NCBI GenBank assembly: GCA_964623775.1
Contig: CAZUVH010000003.1
Location: 79,400 to 143,399 of the forward strand
Direction of reading: 5' to 3'
DNA: 64,000 nt
Source of the DNA: an uncultured Candidatus Saccharibacteria bacterium
Lineage (GTDB): Bacteria; Patescibacteriota; Minisyncoccia; Phycocordibacterales; UBA2100
In this document: in pieces, positions 57,669 to 64,000 of the stretch
Layout: each line of letters starts with the position of its first letter
How positions within the stretch are numbered: the stretch's first letter is position 1
The notes under the pieces: generated by a model
What the model saw: only the letters and a program-made list of their open reading frames with translations
What the model was told of the DNA's origin: nothing
Databases searched by the model: none
Translations under genes and position numbers: made by a program

Positions 57669-57872
57669 ATGGCAATCAATATCAACATAGACGTGATGCT
57701 TGCCAAGCGGAAGATGAGCGTGACCGAGCTCACGGAGAAAGTGGGCATCACAATGGCGAACATCTCTATCCTCAAGAACGGAAAAGCGCGAGCGATCCGA
57801 TTCTCCACCCTTGAGGCGATCTGCAAGGCCCTGGATTGTCAGCCCGGCGACTTAATAGAATTTAAAAAGTGA
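57669..57872 (+). CDS. XRE-family HTH transcriptional regulator (YozG-like)
   Basis: 67 aa. HTH core MSVTELTEKVGITMANISILKNGK. Confidence 0.8.
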   Translation: MAININIDVMLAKRKMSVTELTEKVGITMANISILKNGKARAIRFSTLEAICKALDCQPGDLIEFKK

Positions 57873-57873
57873 C

Positions 57874-58461
57874 GTGTACAAATCCAAGAGGCGACACCTC
57901 TTGGACAAAACATACAAAATGCATATGAATCGCAATCTAAAAAACGTCGCACTTGTCATTATCATCACTGGCGTTTTTATCGTGGTCCGCTTTGTCGCCA
58001 CCACGATCCATTATGGCTGCCATCGCGAAATGCTCGTCAATGTAGACGGGGGGGACGATTGCCCGCCACCGTTTTGGGCAGTGGGTCAGCTCGGCTTCTA
58101 CGCAACCGGTGGCTCATTCAATCCGCTCTGGAACCGCGATACGAGTACGGTACGTAAAGTAAGCTGGATTATCGAGAATTCGGATTTCAAAATTTCCGAG
58201 CAGAAGATCGCGGCCGACGTCACGACCTACGACGGTAAGACCACGCGCTACGATCTCGGCACTGCGCGCGGATGTACCAGTGACACTAAGAGCAGACTGG
58301 AGAGCGGCGCGATCGTGATCGGTCGCGTGACATGCACCTTTGCAGAATCCGATACCACATTCGTCGCCTCCGGCCCACACGGAAACTTCCGTATCGAGCG
58401 TTACGACGTGTCAGCCAAAGATGGCAGTATCGCGACGACTACGTTAGTACAAATTAAATAA
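57874..58461 (+). CDS. hypothetical membrane-anchored protein
   Basis: ORF only. Confidence 0.4.
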   Translation: MYKSKRRHLLDKTYKMHMNRNLKNVALVIIITGVFIVVRFVATTIHYGCHREMLVNVDGGDDCPPPFWAVGQLGFYATGGSFNPLWNRDTSTVRKVSWIIENSDFKISEQKIAADVTTYDGKTTRYDLGTARGCTSDTKSRLESGAIVIGRVTCTFAESDTTFVASGPHGNFRIERYDVSAKDGSIATTTLVQIK

Positions 58462-58466
58462 CCACT

Positions 58467-58790
58467 ATGACAACAAATCCTTTCTACAACGCAATTCTCG
58501 CGATCGCATACATCGTCGTCTTGGTGACGGGCATCAATTTCTTCGCGACGAGCATGGAAGGTGTCGTGCAAGAAACGATCTTGCTACCGATGGGTGCCCT
58601 TGGGATCCTCGTACTCTCCGTGGCACTCATGGGCTACCTCTTCTTCTACCAGCCGCTTCTCCTGATCCTCGACGGCAAGCGTGAAGAGGGGACCAAGCTC
58701 TTCCTCAAGACCGTTGGCGCATTCGCCATAGCCACAGCCCTCGTTATCCTCACCGCCCTCTTCGTTGGTGGACTGATCTCGGGTCTCTGA
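58467..58790 (+). CDS. hypothetical membrane protein
   Basis: 3 TM helices. Confidence 0.4.
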   Translation: MTTNPFYNAILAIAYIVVLVTGINFFATSMEGVVQETILLPMGALGILVLSVALMGYLFFYQPLLLILDGKREEGTKLFLKTVGAFAIATALVILTALFVGGLISGL

Positions 58791-58838
58791 CGTTGTATTA
58801 CAAAAATTGAGGCCGGCGCTCTAGGTGAGCGTCGGCCT

Positions 58839-59339
58839 TTATCGTTTGTTGGGTACAAGATCTGCAAGAACCTCGTCCCATGATTGCACTCGTCGCACAT
58901 GCGGCAAATGCTTTGAGTACCGCTGCACCTCTCGCTCCTGGGGATTGAAGAGGTAGCGATGCGGCACGATCCCGTCGAGATGGCCAAGCACCTCAAGCTT
59001 GTCGTCGATGAAGTGCGTGATCTGCAATTCCTTGCAAATCCCCGCCTTTTCGTGACGTTCCAGGCAGAAGTGGATGCTGCCCCGAGAGACACGTGTCAGA
59101 TCGTAGAATTGATGATGATCGAGCCAGCGCAGACTTTTGGCCTGCACCTTCGGTCCGCATTTCGACACCACGTACACTCGACTTTGGAAGCGATTCTCCA
59201 CCAGTGCACGAATGACCGTAAAGGCATTCGGCGACTGGGTTGTGCGGAGGTAGTTGTCGCTAAAGAACGATGTGTCCGTATTGTCGTTGGCCCGATCGAT
59301 GATGACACCACCGATGTCGATACCAAGTACTTCCGTCAA
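58839..59339 (-). CDS. HAD-superfamily phosphatase/5'-nucleotidase-like protein
   Basis: N-terminal DIGGV (DxDx[TV]) motif. C-terminal FIDD. TTG start preceded by AAGGAG. Confidence 0.5.
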   Translation of the reverse strand: MTEVLGIDIGGVIIDRANDNTDTSFFSDNYLRTTQSPNAFTVIRALVENRFQSRVYVVSKCGPKVQAKSLRWLDHHQFYDLTRVSRGSIHFCLERHEKAGICKELQITHFIDDKLEVLGHLDGIVPHRYLFNPQEREVQRYSKHLPHVRRVQSWDEVLADLVPNKR

Positions 59340-59531
59340 TGAATTTCTCCTTTTGTTTGCGGTTGCACTGCCGATTTTTTATCACGTTTTTATATATTCG
59401 TCAATGACCCGCGATCTTGCACGGCACGGCCGCTTTGAGTCCAAAAGAAAACCGCCCTTTAAAGAGGACGGTTCGGAACTGGCGAAATCGGGAAATCTGT
59501 AGATAATGTGCGGCAGCAATAGGAGGATCCT

Positions 59532-59693
59532 ATGCGTGAGAAGGCGCTCCCCAAGAGTATTACCGATCTTCTGGCTACGAAGCCGTGGGATCATGAGATC
59601 AAGGAGTCGCAAGAGGAGATGGATCTCAATATCAAGCGTGCGAAGAAGAGGCTCTCCGAGCCGCGCTTTCGCAGCGATCCCTCCGAGCTCTAA
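59532..59693 (+). CDS. candidate 53-aa charged protein (MREKALPKSITDLL...)
   Basis: Below the ORF-track cutoff. Perfect AGGAGG sits 5 nt before the ATG. Confidence 0.35.
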   Translation: MREKALPKSITDLLATKPWDHEIKESQEEMDLNIKRAKKRLSEPRFRSDPSEL

Positions 59694-59763
59694 AGTTTTT
59701 TACCAAAATCGCCTGCTCATGCAGGCGATTTTCTTACGATGCAATAAAATTCGCTCCTCGATA

Positions 59764-60135
59764 CTACATCCCGACCAGCACTTTGAAGCCGCCGTAAGAG
59801 AAACGCTTCATATCGAAGGGCATTTTCATCTGATCTTCGGTGTATTTCTTTGCAAAGTACGCCATAACCTTTTTATTCACGCTGTCGCGGTGTGCACGCG
59901 ATTTGAAAGTGATAAAAGAAAACCACACCGCCTCGCCCGGCTTCACTTTCGCCATTTTGGGGAAGGTAAAGGTGACCCACTCGGGCTTTGCGTCATCAAT
60001 GATGCACTCTTTATAATCGAGTGCGCCAAATTTCGTCCACACCTTGAGCGCCTCGCTGGCCATCTTTTTATACTCAGCTGTCTTCTTTTTTGGGATCGGA
60101 ATCACGAATCCGTCGACATATGCCCCTTTTTTCAT
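59764..60135 (-). CDS. DUF1428-family protein
   Basis: N-terminal AYVDGFVIPIPKKK is typical of DUF1428. Confidence 0.65.
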   Translation of the reverse strand: MKKGAYVDGFVIPIPKKKTAEYKKMASEALKVWTKFGALDYKECIIDDAKPEWVTFTFPKMAKVKPGEAVWFSFITFKSRAHRDSVNKKVMAYFAKKYTEDQMKMPFDMKRFSYGGFKVLVGM

Positions 60136-60204
60136 ATTTTGAATGAATTATTTTTATATCGCTATTCTAAAGCAACCATTATTGCATAAACTATGAAGAC
60201 GAAG

Positions 60205-60236
60205 TAAAAGCCGCAGCGATCGCTGCGGCTTTTGAT
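60205..60236. terminator. hairpin terminator
   Basis: AAAGCCGCAGCG-ATCG-CTGCGGCTTT. Confidence 0.6.
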
Positions 60237-60457
60237 TAGTGGGAAATGACAGGCTTCTCGGACCTATAGAGAGTCACCTCTGCACTCGCGGTGATCTCAC
60301 CTGTTTCCTTACTGATCTTCAGACCGAGTTCCCGAATGACGATAAATCCCAACTTTTCGATCTCGGCCTGAATCACATTCGCTTCGGCCATCCTGTCCTC
60401 CTGCGGAGGCTCAGCAATACATTTCTGAAGCTTTTCTTGGAGTTGGACCGCAAGCAT
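60236..60457 (-). CDS. candidate small protein (about 73 aa), the C-terminal part of the ORF-track frame
   Basis: The 5' half of the frame overlaps the upstream gene and is rejected. Terminator follows the stop. Confidence 0.3.
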   Translation of the reverse strand: MLAVQLQEKLQKCIAEPPQEDRMAEANVIQAEIEKLGFIVIRELGLKISKETGEITASAEVTLYRSEKPVISH

Positions 60458-60629
60458 TTTTGCGCGCTCGTCCGTACTCTTCTGAATACCCACGGAATCC
60501 TCCCGGGTGTTGGTGCCACTCTGAAGATACCACTTTGGATTCAAAAAGAAAACCCGCCATGGTCCAGAGGACGATGGCGGGAAGTTTTTTGCTCGTTCGC
60601 ACGGGAAAGATCTTTGTTGACGCTGCGAG

Positions 60630-62057
60630 CTACGGAGCCTTTTCAATGCGGAGATTCGGAAAGATTGCCTTGCCGAGCGCCACCATGCTCTCGTCTTCCT
60701 CAGACTTCGGCTGATACGTGCCGGAATTGCCGGAGAGCCTGATGATGCCGTCGGCATCTTTCCAGCACTCTCCCGCCCAAACCACGTACTGTTGCGTCTT
60801 GTCGACCTCGCAATCCCCGTAAGGCGACCACAGGTATCCGGACATGAGTACGTGTTTTGAAAGCACCCAGTCCACCAATTTTGATCCTACGGTGATACGC
60901 GCAATGATCACTCGCACGGTCGGATTATTGCCAGGCGAGAGAGGTGGGGAACGCACGACCACCATATTGTATTTGTTGCGCGATCCTGCTTGTGTGCGAA
61001 GCATGTCATAGATATCGCGCTCGCTCACCGTCGCTATTTCGTGGTACGTAGATGCGCCCAGGATCTTTCGTATGAGCCATATAACCGGTCGCGAGAAGAG
61101 CAGATTCTTCTTGAGTATTGTGGAAATGCTCGGATTTTTTTGCGGAAATGGCCGCAATGCCCGTGCAAAATATTCATCCACATTCACACGATCGACAAGT
61201 CCTTCGAAAAGCGCATGTGGCCCCCACAACTGCCGCAGTGCCTGACCAGCGGCAGGAGCCGCTGTGACCCGGATACGGATATCCTTGCAATAGGGCCGAT
61301 TATGCGGAAGGGCAGGAGCGATCTGTTCTCTCTTATACGGCACGCGGGATCTGAACTTCGGTATCGCATCGACGATCCGTGACACCACAGGCAGTTTTTT
61401 GAAATGTCGCCACGGTGCCGTGAATCCCGCGAATATGACGTGGCGCATGTAGTCTTCCATGCTGTAGCGCGTGGTGCGTATCACTTCAAATTGCACAGGC
61501 GTGCCCTTGTAGCAGAGGCCATGTGCGAGAAGCGTTGTCATCAGTTGGTGAGGGAATGTGATCGAGGCGAGCCGTTTTCCGCCGGAGGTGAAACCGGCAG
61601 CGCTCATGACACGCATGGTGCCATTGACGCACGTTCGGAATTTCCTGCCCTGGAATTTTTGCATTCCCTTGCGCAAGCCCACAATCGCTTCAGCTGGCGG
61701 GTCTACCAATCGGATCCAAATACCTGATTGCACGATCGATCCTGAATCGCGCGTGATGTCTGCTATCTCCGCAGCTTTTCGCCACACGGAATACGCCGCG
61801 AATTTCTGATATCCGTCGCAATCGGTTTTTGGGACGACGAGGGCCGTGTTGGGCTTTCCAAACACAAGGAATGTTTCTGCACAACCGCTGAACACATCTT
61901 CGACGCGAGCAGTTGTGTATTCGCCAATCTCGCGCTCGCGCACATCGGCATCGATCACCCGTCTGACTACGGATCCAAAAAGCAGCTCGGGGCGGTACTC
62001 GAACCGTCGCGCATAAGCACCCTCGGTCTGAGAGCTCTTCAGGCTCAGCATTTGCAT
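60630..62057 (-). CDS. hypothetical 475-aa protein downstream of the ECF sigma/anti-sigma pair
   Basis: Long ORF with coherent composition. No family recognised. Confidence 0.6.
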   Translation of the reverse strand: MQMLSLKSSQTEGAYARRFEYRPELLFGSVVRRVIDADVREREIGEYTTARVEDVFSGCAETFLVFGKPNTALVVPKTDCDGYQKFAAYSVWRKAAEIADITRDSGSIVQSGIWIRLVDPPAEAIVGLRKGMQKFQGRKFRTCVNGTMRVMSAAGFTSGGKRLASITFPHQLMTTLLAHGLCYKGTPVQFEVIRTTRYSMEDYMRHVIFAGFTAPWRHFKKLPVVSRIVDAIPKFRSRVPYKREQIAPALPHNRPYCKDIRIRVTAAPAAGQALRQLWGPHALFEGLVDRVNVDEYFARALRPFPQKNPSISTILKKNLLFSRPVIWLIRKILGASTYHEIATVSERDIYDMLRTQAGSRNKYNMVVVRSPPLSPGNNPTVRVIIARITVGSKLVDWVLSKHVLMSGYLWSPYGDCEVDKTQQYVVWAGECWKDADGIIRLSGNSGTYQPKSEEDESMVALGKAIFPNLRIEKAP

Positions 62058-62200
62058 CTTGTTCCTCTTCAGTTCTTACCTTATTTTGTCCTAGCCTATA
62101 ATGCAACAAATTAAACAAAAGTCAATTTTACGTATAGGTAGCACCTGGCAGCGAAAGAGCCCGGGAAGAACCCGGGCCCGTGCGGTTAGCGGACCAGTGT

Positions 62201-63631
62201 CTACATGACGGGCGGTGGGGGCGCGTCGAGGAGTTCGGATACGAGTGGGATGAGAATCATCTTGGGGTAGTACTGTTCGCCGGCCGGAGCTTTGGTCACC
62301 GGGAACATGAGCGCCGGGACGTAGAGCTCCTGCGACTCGTTGCCTTTGTAATTGTAGGTGTGCATGAGCACTTTTTGTGGAGTGCCGACCTCGATCTCCA
62401 CTTTGTTGATCGTGATGCCGTCACTCGGCTGTGGCTGCCACGCATGTATGCCGCCCTTCCCGAGTATCGCAAGAATCTTGTCGCTGCTCGCTTCCAATGT
62501 GTACGTGGAGCTCGTGAATGTCTGTGAATTGAGACCGTTGACCGACATCACACGCTTGTCGATGACGCTCACACCTACCTGGAGGCCATGCGGGTATCCG
62601 CCGTCTTCGTAGACCGCTGAGCCGGCGATCTTGAGCGGGAAGGTGACGGTGACCTGCTCAGGCGCGGGCATGCTTGCGGCGTCTTCGGCCGTGATGCCTA
62701 TGGGAGCGTCGTACTTTTGCACGATCGGGTCGCCGAAATTCGCGCGACTGATGTTGTGATCGGAGAGGAACGATTCTGCGATCTGGATAATTTCATCATC
62801 CGAAGGCATTTGGCTCATTGGGACCTGGCGCGGCGGACCGTCTTTGTAATTGAGGCTCGGCCACTCGGTGTAATTTGGATTGATGCTGATCGTGCCCTCG
62901 TCAAAACTTACGTTGATGGAATATCCGTATGGCTTGTCTTCCACAAGCTCGAAGCTGCGCACGCGTGCGCTTGAGTATGCGCCGAGGTCAACGAGGCCAA
63001 AGTTGAATTTGCGTAGCTGCGATGCGATCTGTCCGCTGCTCTTTTGATTCTTCACGCGGTTGTAGACGTCGCCTGCACCCGAGAGGTCGAGCGGCTCGCC
63101 CTTGTAGACGTAGCTGTATATCGTGATCGGTCCTGGCGGGAGCATCATTTTCATATCAGCCGTGCCGCCGCCCATGCCGGCAGGGGCTGTAGCGTAATTG
63201 CCGGTGGCGCTATCTTCAGCCACCATCGGCATCGAGCTCGAGCGCGTCTCAGGTGATCCGCCCAGGCCTGGCTGTTGCGCCGTGAGCGTGCCGTAGGCTC
63301 CGGAGCCAAGGCGTTGAATCTCCTGATTCATGGCAAATATCTGACCGCCGCTTTGGCCTTGCGAGGCTGTGTAGATGAAGGGGAGTGCGAGCAGCACCGC
63401 GAGCACCGGCACTACGTATCGCAGATCAAAGAGGTATCGCGAGAGCGGCGACGGGGTAGGAGCGCCGAGAAGCCGCGCTCGGAGACTCTGCACGAATGCT
63501 TCATCGATACGGGAGTCCGGCTTTTTGGCCACAAATTCCGCTATGAGCGTGCGTATCTCGCTCTCGTGCGCCGCGAATCCAGGGTCGAGCTGCAGGAGTT
63601 CTTGTACGATTTCTTCGATGTTGTTTTTCAT
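62201..63631 (-). CDS. anti-sigma factor (N-terminal cytoplasmic domain, single TM, large extracytoplasmic domain)
   Basis: Start 6 nt after the sigma-factor stop. Topology is about 60-aa N-domain, TM (VVPVLAVLLALPFIY), then a 380-aa external domain. Confidence 0.65.
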   Translation of the reverse strand: MKNNIEEIVQELLQLDPGFAAHESEIRTLIAEFVAKKPDSRIDEAFVQSLRARLLGAPTPSPLSRYLFDLRYVVPVLAVLLALPFIYTASQGQSGGQIFAMNQEIQRLGSGAYGTLTAQQPGLGGSPETRSSSMPMVAEDSATGNYATAPAGMGGGTADMKMMLPPGPITIYSYVYKGEPLDLSGAGDVYNRVKNQKSSGQIASQLRKFNFGLVDLGAYSSARVRSFELVEDKPYGYSINVSFDEGTISINPNYTEWPSLNYKDGPPRQVPMSQMPSDDEIIQIAESFLSDHNISRANFGDPIVQKYDAPIGITAEDAASMPAPEQVTVTFPLKIAGSAVYEDGGYPHGLQVGVSVIDKRVMSVNGLNSQTFTSSTYTLEASSDKILAILGKGGIHAWQPQPSDGITINKVEIEVGTPQKVLMHTYNYKGNESQELYVPALMFPVTKAPAGEQYYPKMILIPLVSELLDAPPPPVM

Positions 63632-63636
63632 AGTAA

Positions 63637-64000
63637 TTAATTGATCGTTATTAATAAGAGCGCAAAGACCCCTGCCGGCACCATCTCACGCAGTTGCGCG
63701 ATCGCGCGAGAGTAAATCATTTTGCTATTTCCTTCCGACTTTCCCACGATCTCTGCAATTTCTTTGTATGAAAGTCCTTGCCAGAGTCTCAGTATGAGAA
63801 TGTCGCGCTTTGTGGAATCAAGCTTGCTGAGATGTTTTTGCACTTCGAGGAGTGCACGCTTGACATCGGCATCGCGCACAAGATCGTCGTCGGTCGTGAG
63901 ATCCCATATGTCGTCAATATCTTGCGTGGGTCTTGACCTGCGATAGTGATCGATAACGGCGTTGTGCGCGATACCGTAGAGCCATGAGCGAAACGAGCGG
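63637..64000 (-). CDS. ECF (sigma-70 family) RNA polymerase sigma factor, 3' portion; 5' end outside window
   Basis: Hand translation runs off the window edge. Region 2 reads SFRSWLYGIAHNAVIDHYRR. Region 4 HTH reads LWQGLSYKEIAEIVGKSEGNSKMIYSRA. Confidence 0.85.
   Translation of the reverse strand, partial: RSFRSWLYGIAHNAVIDHYRRSRPTQDIDDIWDLTTDDDLVRDADVKRALLEVQKHLSKLDSTKRDILILRLWQGLSYKEIAEIVGKSEGNSKMIYSRAIAQLREMVPAGVFALLLITIN

Noticed and set aside
60239-60742. 167-aa + strand ORF and the N-terminal half of the 60236-60757 minus ORF
   Set aside because: Both overlap the 3' end of the 475-aa gene and have Arg/Ser/Cys-rich composition. Only the C-terminal about 73 codons of the minus frame, before a terminator, look protein-like.
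1-64000. Mobile elements, prophage, tRNA/rRNA, CRISPR
   Set aside because: No integrase, transposase, phage structural motifs, inverted-repeat-bounded insertions, repeat-spacer arrays or tRNA-like cloverleaf candidates were recognised by eye. Absence cannot be fully proven without tools.

Overview
64 kb chromosomal segment, roughly 55% GC, densely coded on both strands. Many convergent gene pairs end in bidirectional rho-independent terminators. No rRNA, tRNA, CRISPR, integrase or transposase was recognised.

Gene content suggests a respiring, likely diderm bacterium. It carries a cyoABCDE quinol oxidase, SbmA/BacA, DegP-like and CtpA proteases, and an ExbB/TolQ-like channel.

Main content, left to right:
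1. NAD salvage/recycling regulon. It holds the partial ADP-ribosylglycohydrolase at the left edge, nadE, pncB, the nadM-Nudix fusion, the NrtR regulator, pnuC and nadR-like. Two palindromic candidate NrtR operators lie at 5195-5213 and 7041-7059.
2. A histidine kinase with an in-frame (CCCGTG)6 repeat, a PAS protein and a PLD-family nuclease.
3. Homospermidine synthase plus a divergent saccharopine-dehydrogenase-family paralog.
4. A cold-shock protein, two tandem Cys-containing paralogs, and an orphan terminator/sRNA candidate upstream of sbmA.
5. A PIG-L deacetylase with nagB.
6. The cyoABCDE operon.
7. A copper homeostasis island. It has a CsoR-type repressor with a perfect ATACCCCCAGGGGGTAT operator, a cupredoxin-like protein, DUF2933, a CopA-type P1B ATPase with an unusual CPD motif, a DsbA-like protein and a multicopper oxidase.
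8. An uncharacterised four-gene cluster: MotA/ExbB-like channel, ExbD-like anchored protein, membrane protein, HtrA-like protease.
9. A CtpA protease and assorted hypotheticals.
10. A two-component system flanking a ThiF/E1-like enzyme, an unknown protein and a SAM methyltransferase.
11. kynU plus an indoleamine 2,3-dioxygenase homolog.
12. A DUF2975/XRE pair.
13. An ECF sigma/anti-sigma pair followed by a 475-aa unknown protein.

All functions are from motif and family recognition by eye. No searches were run. The sequence numbering showed a 1-nt drift against the ORF track between 37826 and 38478, so features without ORF-track coordinates (terminators, palindromes, small ORFs) are approximate to about 2 nt, and refined start codons may be off by 1.
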